From Candidatus Iainarchaeum sp. (GTDB taxonomy: Archaea; Iainarchaeota; Iainarchaeia; Iainarchaeales; JAXPJC01): DNA of 64,000 bases. Shown here in pieces: positions 19,504 to 29,800 of the stretch. Position 1 is the first letter of the stretch; the number at the start of each line of letters is the position of its first letter. The stretch is from NCBI GenBank assembly GCA_016187745.1, contig JACPJC010000006.1, positions 96,001 through 160,000 of the forward strand, given 5' to 3'. The notes under the pieces were generated by a model. The model did no database searches and was not told where the DNA came from. It saw only the letters and a list, made by a program, of their open reading frames with translations. The translations under genes and the position numbers were made by a program.

Positions 19504-20079
19504 ATGATGAAGGGCTTTTTTAATAGAATTTGGGCAAGGAAATTTCTTAGGCCCGGCAGGCAGAGCGGAAATATTGAATTTATAAAGCAGCGCGCCTCGC
19601 AATTCAGCGGCAGCAATATTGAAACCGTCGGGCAGATTCTTGGTTTTGTTAAGAAGATGGGGGAAGGGCAGCCCGGAGCAAGAAACGAAATGTCTGTTGA
19701 TGCAAGGAGACGGGCTAATGTAGAGCATATATTGAGGAAAAATGAAATAGGTGGCTGTGGTGATGCTGCTGTTATTTTTGCTCAATTGGCAAGGGCAAAA
19801 GGCATTCCTGTAAGGCTTGTTGATGCTGTAATGAAAGGTTATGATGGTAGAGGCGATTTTAGGGGGCATGTTTTTGCTGATGTTTTTATAAATGATAAAT
19901 GGATAACTGTTGAGCCAGTTGCAGGGCGCGTTATTGGAAAAGGATACAACAGAATAGGTAAAGACAGGACAATAATTAGTTACATCCCTTATGCAAAAGG
20001 GCTTGATTTTTCATCAATGGGCACGACAACATTAAAGGCAATAAGGAGAAAATCTTCAAAATTTCTGCAGCCAGGGTAG
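19504..20079 (+). CDS. Transglutaminase-like (Cys-His-acid) protein with basic N-terminal leader
   Basis: GGCGD.A..F..LARA.GIP.RLV, GHVF.DV, W..VEP. Confidence 0.8.
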   Translation: MMKGFFNRIWARKFLRPGRQSGNIEFIKQRASQFSGSNIETVGQILGFVKKMGEGQPGARNEMSVDARRRANVEHILRKNEIGGCGDAAVIFAQLARAKGIPVRLVDAVMKGYDGRGDFRGHVFADVFINDKWITVEPVAGRVIGKGYNRIGKDRTIISYIPYAKGLDFSSMGTTTLKAIRRKSSKFLQPG

Positions 20080-20146
20080 TTCGGAATCCTAACTCTAAAC
20101 CCTTTTATAGTTTGTGCTATGGAATTATATGGGAGTTCTGATTTTC

Positions 20147-21358
20147 TTGGGCGAGAATGTTTTTGAAAAGGAATTTGCAAGGGAGAGCATATTCATTGAC
20201 AGGGATGCGATTTCCCCGCACTATCTGCCGGAAAAACTTCCCTTCAGGGAAAAGCAGATTGAGGAGATAAGCAAGCTTCTGGGTGTGGCATTGCACGGGA
20301 AAAGGCCGGATAATCTGTTTGTTTACGGGCCCACAGGGGTTGGGAAAACCGCAACCGTAAAGCACGTTATGCAGCAGCTGCAGGATTTTGCAAAGGAGAA
20401 AAATTCAAAAATTATTTCCACTTACATAAACTGCAGGAACCATAATTCCAAGTACCGCGCGATGATAAAGTGCGTGAATGATTTTTATCCCAATAATTAT
20501 TTTGTGGGCTATTCCGCATCATTTGTTCATGATAAAGTTCTGGATTTTGTGAGGGGAAATGAAGGCACATTGGTTGTAGTGCTGGATGAAATTGATAAGG
20601 TTAAGGACCTTGATGATTTGGTTTATGCGCTTACGCGCGCGAATGATGAATTGCAGAAGGGCGCAATCTCAATAATAGGGATTTCAAACAATTTGATGTT
20701 CAAGGAGCGTTTGGATCCAAGAACAAAAAGCTCCCTTTGCGAGCAGGAGCTTGTTTTTGCTCCATACAATGCCTCTGAGCTGAAGGCAATCCTTGAGCAG
20801 AGGATTGCAATTGCATTCAAGCCGAATTCTGTGGAGAATTCCGCAATAAATATTGCTGCGGCATTTGCGGCAAAGGAATCCGGGGATGCGCGGACTGCGG
20901 TAATGCTTCTTCAGAGGGCGGGGGAGCTTGCGGAAAAAAACGGGCTGCAGAAAATAACAGATGAGGAAGTGAAAAAGGCAAAATCAAAAGTGGAGGAGGA
21001 AGTAATCCTCAATATGGTTTCAGCGCTTCCCGAGCAGGAGCAGCTGGTGCTTTATGCGATTTCCGCGCTTACGCTTAGGAAAAAGGGGATAAGGAAAATT
21101 ACCGGAAGCGCGGATGAGGGCGCATTGTATTCGGGGGATGTGTATGAGGAATATGCAACGCTTGCGAAACACTTCAAGGCTGAAGCCGTAACGGCGCGCT
21201 GGTATAGGGAATACATAAACGAGCTGGAAATGTACGGATTGATTTTAACAACAGCATCGGGCGCGGGAATAAGGGGCAATACAACCCTAATAAAGCTTGG
21301 ATTCGACGCGGAAAAAATTAAGCAGGTATTGGAAAAGGAACTGATGCAGGGAAGCTGA
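20147..21358 (+). CDS. cdc6: Orc1/Cdc6 replication initiator
   Basis: P..LP.RE, GPTGVGKT, YINC, LDEID, LD.R..SSL, F.PY...L..IL..R, GDAR, C-terminal wHTH; start could also be ATG 20129. Confidence 0.95.
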   Translation: MGENVFEKEFARESIFIDRDAISPHYLPEKLPFREKQIEEISKLLGVALHGKRPDNLFVYGPTGVGKTATVKHVMQQLQDFAKEKNSKIISTYINCRNHNSKYRAMIKCVNDFYPNNYFVGYSASFVHDKVLDFVRGNEGTLVVVLDEIDKVKDLDDLVYALTRANDELQKGAISIIGISNNLMFKERLDPRTKSSLCEQELVFAPYNASELKAILEQRIAIAFKPNSVENSAINIAAAFAAKESGDARTAVMLLQRAGELAEKNGLQKITDEEVKKAKSKVEEEVILNMVSALPEQEQLVLYAISALTLRKKGIRKITGSADEGALYSGDVYEEYATLAKHFKAEAVTARWYREYINELEMYGLILTTASGAGIRGNTTLIKLGFDAEKIKQVLEKELMQGS

Positions 21359-21362
21359 TTAA

Positions 21363-21710
21363 ATGGGAATAAAAACAGAATATAATCCTGATTTGGCATT
21401 AATAAACATTTCAGAATTTAAGAACGGGAATAGAAAAAGAGAGGAATGCATCCCCGAAAACCTCAAAGCCGGGCAAATCTGTGAGTTTCTTAAAAAGGGC
21501 CAGAGGAATTATTGGATTGAAGGTGAAATTCCTCTTTTAGAAACAAAAGGGAATCAACTACTTTCAAAACCATTAGCGAGCGTCATAATTCTTGAAGCGA
21601 CACATTTTATGTTAAATGGCGAACCTTGGACAAAGGGAAAATATAAAATTGTTGAGGCCTTTGACCCTAAAGAGCCCAAGATTCATTTCAACGGATTTGC
21701 CAGAGCATAG
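21363..21710 (+). CDS. Hypothetical protein (possibly DUF2584-like small beta-barrel)
   Basis: Complete ORF; K.GQR.YW...IPL..T.G pattern; family assignment is tentative. Confidence 0.6.
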   Translation: MGIKTEYNPDLALINISEFKNGNRKREECIPENLKAGQICEFLKKGQRNYWIEGEIPLLETKGNQLLSKPLASVIILEATHFMLNGEPWTKGKYKIVEAFDPKEPKIHFNGFARA

Positions 21711-21738
21711 ATTAAGGCTTTTGCAAAATTTTTCAAAA

Positions 21739-23934
21739 TTAAAATTCTTTTAGTGCCTTCTGCTCCATTGATGTTTCTTTTTCATCCCTGTGTTTTTTGA
21801 ATTCTTCCGGGATCTGCGCTTCCTGGCCCAGCTGCTCCTTTACTTTTGCCGCAACCGCGCTCCCGAGGATGCGCGCAATGCTCTCAAATGGCGCGCCCTT
21901 CAAATCCCCAATTCCCTTTATGTTGTTTGAGAACAATCTGCGCGCCCTTACTCTCCCAATATGGCGCACTTCGCACAACGCAATCAGCTCTTCCTTAATT
22001 CCGGCTTCCATGCGCTTTCTTAGTTTCTGCAGATTTGGGAAATGCTGCTCAGTTTGCAATAATTTTGCGAGCTCCAATGCGCTGTAGAGCAGCCAGTCCG
22101 CAATGCGCAGCTTTGAGTGCAGTATCCCTGGTTGAATGTTGTAGGATTTCGTAAGGCTCTGCTCGGAAATTTCATCAATCCAGTCCTGCAGGAGAAGGGA
22201 AGTGGAGAATTTTTTTAGGATATCAGGGTCCTGGTATTGTTCCTTATCAAAATCCACTGGCAAATGTGCTTTTTGCTCTTCTGCAAGCTCGTATAATTCA
22301 GCCTGCTTTTCCTTCTGTGCGGAAATCAGCGGAGCGAACTCGGAAGTGTTTGCAAGCGCGTAAAGATAGAACAATTCTCCGTATTTTTTCCTTTGCTGCT
22401 GCAGCGCAAGAATGATTTTATATGCGGAGATTGGGTCCAAGTACAGTTCGCTTACGCGCCTTCCCAGTTTTGTTGGTTTTATGCTTTTTGCATCGCTTTC
22501 AACGAATCCAATTTCCTGCAGCTCTGAAATTATTTCCTGGATTTTTACGAACAGTTCTGAAAGGTTTTTGTACTGGTGCGCATAAAAGGTTCTTGAGAAG
22601 AATTTTTCCATTGAATCAAGGTCAAAAATGAAATTGTCTGAAATTGCTGAGAGGACATGCATTCTCAGAAGGGGCGCAATGCCCAGTTTTGAAGTAATAT
22701 CCTCAATTTTGCCATTAACATAATTTTCAAACAGCTCATCAACCTCATCCTCGCTCCGCGCAATAAGTATGGATTCCCCGGAAGTGTCGAATTTCGGCCT
22801 TCCGGCGCGGCCCGACATTTGCTTGTAATCCCTTACGGGAATGCGCTGCTGGCCGTAGGTTTCTTCATAGCGGTAAAGGCTTGGAATAATTACGCGGAAT
22901 GCAGGCATGTTGATTCCTGCGGAAAGTGTTGGCGTGGCAGAAATAATCTTCACACAATTTGCTTTAAACAACTCCTCAATAATCTCGCGCTGTTTCTGCA
23001 ATAATCCCGCGTGGTGGAATGCAATTCCCTTCTCAATAAGCGAGGCAAGAAGATTGCACTGCTCAGTGGGCATTTCAAGCACATTAAGCGCTTCGTTTGC
23101 CTTTCTCCTCAAATGGGCTTTTTCCCTTTCAATCAGCATCTTCTCGGTAAGCGGGGCAAGGCTTTTTGCAATTGATTCCGCGCGCTTGCGCGTGTTTGCG
23201 AAAATAAGCGCCTGCTTGTTTTTCAGCTCAAGCGTATTTTTCACAATTGAATGCAGCGGCTCCTTGTAGCTGTCAATTGTTTCCTTCTGCTTTTTCTTTT
23301 CGTCAAAAATAATTTCCTCATTGAAGTAAATGCCCTCGCGCAGCTTAACAGGCCGGAAATCGCTTTCTACAAGCTTTGCATTGAGCCATTTGGAAATTTC
23401 CTTTGCATTTGGGATTGTGGCGGAAAGCGCAAGCAATTGCAGTTTCGGATTCAGGGAAAGCATTTTTGTTATCAGCACTTCCAATGTTGCGCCCCTGTTG
23501 GAATCAAGCTCGTGGATTTCATCAATCATCAGCAGGCCGACAGCGGAGAGCCATTCAGCCCTGTGGCGGATTAATGAATCCAATTTTTCGTAAGTTGTGA
23601 AAATCAAATCATAATCCTGAAGGTATGAGGCGCTTGAATCAAGGTCGCCCGTAGAAATAGTAATGCGAATGCCCTGCTCTTTTGCATACTTGCGCCTGAA
23701 GTCATTGTAGTGTTCGGAGGCAAGCGCACGCAAAGGGCAGGTGTAAATGACCTTGCGCCTGCTGTTCATTATTGAGTGCAGGGCGCAGAGTTCCGCAATT
23801 ATTGTTTTTCCGCTTGCGGTTGGCGAGGAAATTATCAAATTGCCTTCAAATGGGTTTGCCTTCAGCGCGGCAAGCTGCATGGGATTGAATTCCGGAAAGG
23901 AATTTGCTTGCAGAACTGCTTGAGAAATGTCCAT
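21739..23934 (-). CDS. hel308: Ski2-like helicase Hel308/Hjm
   Basis: PTASGKT, PLRALASE, DEIH, LSAT, FHHAGL, QM.GRAGRP, C-terminal HhH GRVRARRL. Confidence 0.95.
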   Translation of the reverse strand: MDISQAVLQANSFPEFNPMQLAALKANPFEGNLIISSPTASGKTIIAELCALHSIMNSRRKVIYTCPLRALASEHYNDFRRKYAKEQGIRITISTGDLDSSASYLQDYDLIFTTYEKLDSLIRHRAEWLSAVGLLMIDEIHELDSNRGATLEVLITKMLSLNPKLQLLALSATIPNAKEISKWLNAKLVESDFRPVKLREGIYFNEEIIFDEKKKQKETIDSYKEPLHSIVKNTLELKNKQALIFANTRKRAESIAKSLAPLTEKMLIEREKAHLRRKANEALNVLEMPTEQCNLLASLIEKGIAFHHAGLLQKQREIIEELFKANCVKIISATPTLSAGINMPAFRVIIPSLYRYEETYGQQRIPVRDYKQMSGRAGRPKFDTSGESILIARSEDEVDELFENYVNGKIEDITSKLGIAPLLRMHVLSAISDNFIFDLDSMEKFFSRTFYAHQYKNLSELFVKIQEIISELQEIGFVESDAKSIKPTKLGRRVSELYLDPISAYKIILALQQQRKKYGELFYLYALANTSEFAPLISAQKEKQAELYELAEEQKAHLPVDFDKEQYQDPDILKKFSTSLLLQDWIDEISEQSLTKSYNIQPGILHSKLRIADWLLYSALELAKLLQTEQHFPNLQKLRKRMEAGIKEELIALCEVRHIGRVRARRLFSNNIKGIGDLKGAPFESIARILGSAVAAKVKEQLGQEAQIPEEFKKHRDEKETSMEQKALKEF

Positions 23935-24000
23935 TAAAGACTTTGGCTGAAGAGCCTTTTAAATGATTTCGGGGGCGGATTGCCGCTGAAATTACGGGTT

Positions 24001-24657
24001 TTACCTTATGCTCAGGCCCTGGAGGGTTTTGAACATTCTTATGTCCGCGTCAATTTCTGAGAGCTTTTCCTTCAGGCTGCCTAATTTCTTCTTTGAAACC
24101 TCAATCCTGAAATTCTGCAAATCATCGGAGTATTTTGCGAGCTTCCTGTGCTTTTTGTAAACTACCGAGTGCTGCACTGTTTCCGTAAGCTGCTTGCGGT
24201 AATCAATGTTATTCACAAACATATTCACCATGGGCTTCCAGCGCTTGTCGCTTACAAGGTGCGCAGGGAGCTTTACCGCTTCCGCATCGTTCTTGTAGTC
24301 CTTGCTTGTTGCTGCCTTCAGAAGATGCTTCCAGTAAAGCGGCTCTGAAAGCTTTTTGAAGTGCTGTGTAATTTCATAGGATTTTGCTGAATTCTGCTTT
24401 TTCTTCCAGGAGCCGTGCTGCTTCTGCAGGCTTGATCTCATTTCCTCGAGCTCCTTTATCTGGGAATTTATCCTGCTCCTGCTTGGATATGATAATTTAG
24501 GCCAGTCGTTTTCCCTTTTTTCCGCGATTGAAATTACCCCTCCTTTGGAGAAATAGCGCCTGAAGGCTTCAGCAATCCCGCCCTTGCCGTGCCTTTTCAC
24601 CATTTCCGGGAAATTGCTCTCAAAGCTTTCAAATGATGAAATTATCTCATTGGCCAT
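24001..24657 (-). CDS. Hypothetical basic helical protein
   Basis: 218-aa ORF with GGGGTTGAG RBS; no recognised motif. Confidence 0.75.
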   Translation of the reverse strand: MANEIISSFESFESNFPEMVKRHGKGGIAEAFRRYFSKGGVISIAEKRENDWPKLSYPSRSRINSQIKELEEMRSSLQKQHGSWKKKQNSAKSYEITQHFKKLSEPLYWKHLLKAATSKDYKNDAEAVKLPAHLVSDKRWKPMVNMFVNNIDYRKQLTETVQHSVVYKKHRKLAKYSDDLQNFRIEVSKKKLGSLKEKLSEIDADIRMFKTLQGLSIR

Positions 24658-24686
24658 CTCAACCCCGAATCCTATAAATTAGATTA

Positions 24687-24810
24687 TGTTGGAGGGAGTT
24701 TATAAGATTTTTGAAGGAGAGGAAGGTATCGGAAACCTAAGGTTTCTGATTAAGGGAGGTATCGGAACCGCAGGTTCTGATTGTTGGAGGGAGTTTATAA
24801 GATTTTTGAA
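24687..24810. repeat. Perfect 29-bp direct repeat flanking two tandem REP-like hairpins
   Basis: TGTTGGAGGGAGTTTATAAGATTTTTGAA at 24687-24715 and 24782-24810; ATCGGAAACC-TAA-GGTTTCTGAT (24728-24750) and ATCGGAACC-GCA-GGTTCTGAT (24761-24781). Confidence 0.9.
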
Positions 24811-24817
24811 TTTATAT

Positions 24818-25519
24818 ATGAGCGGAATGTGCGCGATAAAGGCAATCATATTTGACATGACCGACACAATCCTTGAGTTTGATTTTCGGAGGATGCGGGA
24901 GGAATTCGGGAAAATAATAAAGGGGCATGAGTGCACTAGGCATCTGGCAATTGGGCAGTTCATGGACGCCTATAAAGAGGCATATGACTCATACCAGAGG
25001 GGGGAAATTCAGAACGATAATGCTTTCTGGGAAAAGATGTTTGGACTGCTTAAAGTTAATCCGAAAAAAGGGGAATTCAGGGGCATAATGAGAAGGCATC
25101 TGGCTTCGAGAAGAAAATTCGTAAAATTGCACAGGCACGCGGGGCATATTTTCGGAAGGCTGAAGAAAAAATACAGGCTTGCAATCCTATCGAATGCAGT
25201 GAGGAATTGGGCGGATTATGACTGGAAGTTCCTGAAATTCAATCCGAAAAAATATTTTGATGTGCAGCTCTACTCTCAGGACACACGCCTGCTTAAGCCG
25301 GAGAGAAAGGCTTTTGAACTTGCTCTGCGCAAATTAAATGTAAGCGCAAAGGAGGCGCTTATGGTCGGGGACAACGAAAGCCAGGATATTCTGGGAGGCA
25401 ATAGCGCGGGACTTGTTACAGTGTTTCTTGCAAACAAGTACAGGCTTTCCGGGGCGGTAAAGCCGAGGTTTGTGGTCAATTCATTGGAAGAAATTGAAAA
25501 AATTGCGGGGGAAATGTAA
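24818..25519 (+). CDS. HAD-superfamily hydrolase (subfamily IA)
   Basis: IIFDMTDT, LSN, KP....F, MVGD....DI.G....G. Confidence 0.9.
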   Translation: MSGMCAIKAIIFDMTDTILEFDFRRMREEFGKIIKGHECTRHLAIGQFMDAYKEAYDSYQRGEIQNDNAFWEKMFGLLKVNPKKGEFRGIMRRHLASRRKFVKLHRHAGHIFGRLKKKYRLAILSNAVRNWADYDWKFLKFNPKKYFDVQLYSQDTRLLKPERKAFELALRKLNVSAKEALMVGDNESQDILGGNSAGLVTVFLANKYRLSGAVKPRFVVNSLEEIEKIAGEM

Positions 25520-25893
25520 TGGGCGCGAGGAAATATGTAATTCCAGAACAAATAACTGGCGCTGCACGCAAAAACATAGCTGTCGGCTTGAAGTATGCCA
25601 GGCCGGGGGATTACATTGATAGGCTGGCAATGGCAAAACTGCAGCAGCTTGCAAGGGGCGAGCTTGCAGGAAGGGTTATTGAAAGGCTTGAATCTTATAA
25701 AAAGGAGAATTTAAGCCCAATCAAAAAGCTTGCTGTGCTATTGCGGGTTTTGAAAAAGCTTAAGCGGAAACCGACAGGAATCCAGCAGAAAATGGCGGAT
25801 GGGATTATTGATGAATTTATGATGGACGCATTGCAGAATGCTGAATTGTCAAATGAGGAATTAAGCAGGCTTCTGAGCCAGTGGAGAAGATGA
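25519..25893 (+). CDS. Hypothetical basic helical orphan
   Basis: Coupled to flanking genes (TAATG overlap); no motif recognised. Confidence 0.6.
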   Translation: MGARKYVIPEQITGAARKNIAVGLKYARPGDYIDRLAMAKLQQLARGELAGRVIERLESYKKENLSPIKKLAVLLRVLKKLKRKPTGIQQKMADGIIDEFMMDALQNAELSNEELSRLLSQWRR

Positions 25894-25894
25894 G

Positions 25895-26443
25895 ATGAAA
25901 GATAATTTTTTGTTGGGGATAATCGGGCCGAGCGATAGCGGGAAAAACGCACAAATTCTTGGACACTCTTTGGAGGGAAGCGCTGCGCAGATTAGGGAAA
26001 TAGCGCGCTCCGCTGCTGAAATTGGAATTAAAAGAATTGCAATAGTCCCGCATAAGGGGAGCGCAAGCGAAATGTTTGCAAAGGAATTCGGAAAAAGGGA
26101 AAAGGTAATTGGCGTTGTGCCGCTGCGGGACAGGGAGTTCGGGATTTCATATCTGAATAAGGGGGTTTGCGATGAGATTGTGGATTGCGGAACATGGAGA
26201 AATTCCGCAATTAAAATGAATGAAATATGCGATGCGTTCCTGTGCCTTGGGTTTACCTGCGGCGCGCTGAATGAGGTTGCATTCTCAAAATGGTTCAACA
26301 AAAGCAAAAAGCGCAAGAAGAAAATCCTGGTTTGCGCGTGGCGCATTTCTTCAAAGCTCCCGAAGGAGATTGAAAAGGACGTGGATTTGGTTTATGCGGG
26401 GAGCCTTGCGCAATTGAGGCAAAGGTTAAAAGGACTTGTGTGA
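25895..26443 (+). CDS. SLOG/LOG-like Rossmann-fold nucleotide-binding protein
   Basis: GIIG, VIGVVP, DAF..LG...G.L.EV pattern typical of the SLOG superfamily. Confidence 0.6.
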   Translation: MKDNFLLGIIGPSDSGKNAQILGHSLEGSAAQIREIARSAAEIGIKRIAIVPHKGSASEMFAKEFGKREKVIGVVPLRDREFGISYLNKGVCDEIVDCGTWRNSAIKMNEICDAFLCLGFTCGALNEVAFSKWFNKSKKRKKKILVCAWRISSKLPKEIEKDVDLVYAGSLAQLRQRLKGLV

Positions 26444-26462
26444 ATTAATTTGGTGTGGAAAC

Positions 26463-26807
26463 ATGATTCCGGGAATTCCAGCAGGGATAAATCCAAAGCA
26501 AGTGGAAATGCTCATGCGCCAGTTCGGCATAAAGACCGAGCAGATAAATGCGAAAAGGGTAATTTTTGAGCTTGAGGATAAAAGGCTTGTCATTGAGAAT
26601 CCGCAGGTCAATTCAATCATCGCGCAGGGGCAGAAGATGTACCAAGTTGTAGGGGAAGCGAAGGAAGAGGGAAAAGAGGGGATAAATGAGGGAGATTTGA
26701 ATCTGGTTATGGAGCAGAGCGGCGCAGCAAAGGCAAAGGCGGAAAAGGCGCTGAAGGAAGCAAACGGCAACATCGCTGAAGCGATAGTTAAATTGAAGAA
26801 GCCATAA
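26463..26807 (+). CDS. nac: Nascent polypeptide-associated complex protein (aNAC)
   Basis: NP.Q...MRQ.GI, I.A..V.F, I.NPQV, YQV.G, C-terminal UBA D..LV.EQ.......A..AL....G.IA.AI..L. Confidence 0.93.
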   Translation: MIPGIPAGINPKQVEMLMRQFGIKTEQINAKRVIFELEDKRLVIENPQVNSIIAQGQKMYQVVGEAKEEGKEGINEGDLNLVMEQSGAAKAKAEKALKEANGNIAEAIVKLKKP

Positions 26808-26833
26808 ACAACCTGAATTTTAATATACTACTT

Positions 26834-26848
26834 GTTCTATAATAGAAC
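26834..26848. promoter_or_regulatory. 7-1-7 palindrome GTTCTAT-A-ATAGAAC directly before the adhesin start codon
   Basis: Between TATA-like TTTTAATATA (~26818) and ATG 26850. Confidence 0.4.
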
Positions 26849-26849
26849 T

Positions 26850-29800
26850 ATGCCCAGGACTGAAAAAGGACAGGCCGCGCTTGAGTATCTGATGACCTAT
26901 TCCTGGGCGCTTGTTGCAATTGCAATAGTCATTGGAGTGCTTATTTTCATGGGAATTTTGAAGGCGCCTTCTGCTGGAACTTGCACAGGGCTTGAGAAGC
27001 TTGCATATGAGGACCATACCATAGATTCCAACGGGAATTTCATTCTCTACTTAAAAAACGGGGCAGGAATGCAGATTGCCATCAACAGCATATCGCCGGG
27101 TGAAGATTTCAGCGGAAATTGCAGCGCAAGTTCCGCAATAATAAATGCAACAAAGGATTTCAATATTGTGTGTATCAATACAGGAATAAGCGCAGGCCAA
27201 ACTTATAATGGAAAAATAACAATTGAGTATATGCGCAGGAATGCAAAGCATACCGAAAGCGCGGCATGCTCAGGAACAGCGCCCTTGAGCGGGATATTTT
27301 TGGTTGCCCCTGCCCCGCAAATCATTGAGGGCTTTTTCAACGGTTCAGGGAACAATGTTGACCTGAACAACCCTGACGAGATGACGCTTGGGGGCGGAGG
27401 GGGTAGTTATGCATTTTTTGGCAGTTATACTTCGGATGTTTTTGATGCAAACTCAACAATGGACTGGACCGCAAGCATCTCATGGGATGAGAACGCTCCG
27501 GCAGGAACTGACATTAATTTACAAACAAGAACTTCTGACAATAATGTTGCATTTAGCGCATGGAGCGGCTATTACACAAATCCTTCAGGAGAAGCAATTA
27601 CCTCCCCTAATGGGCGCTTCATACAATATAAAGCGAATTTGAGCACTACAAACCCGGCGCTTACGCCGAGATTATTGGAAGTGAGAATGCATGGGAACCC
27701 TCTTGCGCAGAGCTGCGGCAATCTGAAAAGGGAGGGAAGCGAACAATGCGATACAAATGACCTGGCAGGATCAAATTGTGTTTTATTGGGCTATTCTTCA
27801 GGCGCCCTTGCGTGCAAGGCAGACTGCACATTTGATACGAATGGATGCGTTGGCGCAACTACTACAATGCTTTGCCCTGGCAGCAAAACCTGGACTTCCC
27901 AATCAGATTGGCAGTCCGGGGCGCTTGCAAATATTGATGCTACTTCAAGCCCTGGCAGCATAAAGCTTTCGCAGCCATCAACCTCAGGAACATGGAACAT
28001 TGTTGTTGATTCAAATGCCGCGCCAACAGACTGGAATGCGATAAGCTGGAGCGAGGACTTGAATTATGGGGGAGAGCTTGCAGGAGATGCTAACACAAAA
28101 TTGCTTTTGCATTTGAATGAGGTCTCGGGTTTAACTGCTGCAGATGCAAGCGGGAATGGGAACAATGGAACACTAACAAACGGAGCAACATGGACTTCTT
28201 CAGGGAAGTTTGGGAATGCATTGGGCTTTGATGGAATAAATGACTACATTGATGTTTCCAATGAGTCTCTTTTTGATTTTGAAAGAACTTCTCCATTTAC
28301 ACTAAGTGCATGGGTTAAGTGGGCTTCAGGCACTACACAAACCTTATTATCCAAACAAACAAGTGCTGGCAACGCACCAGGATGGTTATTGATTGTTAAT
28401 GCAAATGGAACTCTGGCAATGTGGCTCGTAAATGATGCAGGTGCGGGTTGGAATCTAATACATGTCGATTCGGTGAGTTCTATAGGGCTGGGGACATGGA
28501 ATCATGTAGTAATGACTTATGATGGTTCGAGTACTGCGGCCGGAGTAAAGTTGTTTATAAATGGCAATCAAAGCGGGACAACAATAGTAACAAATACGCT
28601 TTCAGCTTCTATTCTCAACAATGTTGATGTGTGGATAGGAAATAGGCAATTTGCTGACATACCATTCAATGGTACAATTGATGAAGCTGCTATATGGAAT
28701 AGAGCACTGGGTGCAGGTGAAATCCTTGAGCACTACAAGCGCGGCGCGCTGAATCTTCGATTTAGGACAAGAAGCGCACCAACGCAAGGCACCTTGAGTT
28801 CTGCTTCATGGGGTGGCTATTACACAGAATCCCCTTCAGCAATAGCTTCGCCGAACAACAAGTGGATTGAGGTTCAAGCATTGCTTGAAAATTCAGATGC
28901 AAACTATACAAATTACACGCCAGTGCTGAATGATGTAAGCATCAGTTGTGCTGGCGCTCAAGGCAATCAGGCTCCTTTTGCAGGGCTTGGCGCTTCAGCA
29001 TATTCGGCAAATGCTGGAAGCTATATTGCTTTTTATGGGAATACCTCCTATGACCCTGACGGGAATATTGTGAATTATGCGTGGAATTTCGGGGACGGGA
29101 ATGCAGTTGCAAGCCCGGCAAACTATCCGCTGGGCGCAAAGACATTATTGCGTTTTGATGAGGGAATTGATTCGGCAGCAGGTGATGCGAGCGGAAACAA
29201 CAATGGTGGAACAATAAGCGGGGCTGCTTGGACCTCTTCAGGAAAGTTCGGGAATGCGCTCGCTTTTGACGGGGTTGATGATTATGTTAATTTGCCGCAA
29301 AAAATTACAGATGCCGAAGGAACCATATCGGCATGGATTAAAACCGGCGGCGATGTTAGCAGCGCGCAAAGGATATATTCCCAATCCACAGGGGGCGCAA
29401 GCAGCAACAGGGTAGCAGTTACGATTTTGTCTGGGGCTTTCCGTTTTGACGCAGGATTTGCGCCAGGAGGAGTTCAGTTGGATATTGGCAATGTCCAGCC
29501 AAATACCTGGTATCATATAGTGTGGACAAGTGATGGCTCCACGATTAAAGGATATGTAAATGGGGCAAACCAGGCTTTAACTGTTACGGGGGGGAGCAAC
29601 AGCGGCCAATGGTTCAGCGGCATAACCTCAAATTATGCCAGGATCGGCAATATGCGCTATGATGATATCTCAGGAAACATCCAATATTTCAACGGCACAA
29701 TCGATGAAGTTGCAATTTATAATCGCGCATTGGGCGCAGGCGAAATACTTGCCTTATACCAGGGCGGCCCTGCAGTAGTGTATCATAAGTACAATCTCGC

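Noticed and set aside
20080-20146. Replication origin next to cdc6
   Set aside because: The flanking gaps are very short and no repeated ORB-like motifs were visible.
24687-24810. Mini-CRISPR (29-bp repeats with GTT near the start and ending GAA)
   Set aside because: Only two copies, the 66-bp spacer is itself two related hairpins, the repeat contains a TATA-like box, and no cas genes are in the window.
24686-24817. 44-aa N-terminal extension of the HAD ORF
   Set aside because: It is translated repeat and promoter DNA; the HAD motif I begins just after ATG 24818.
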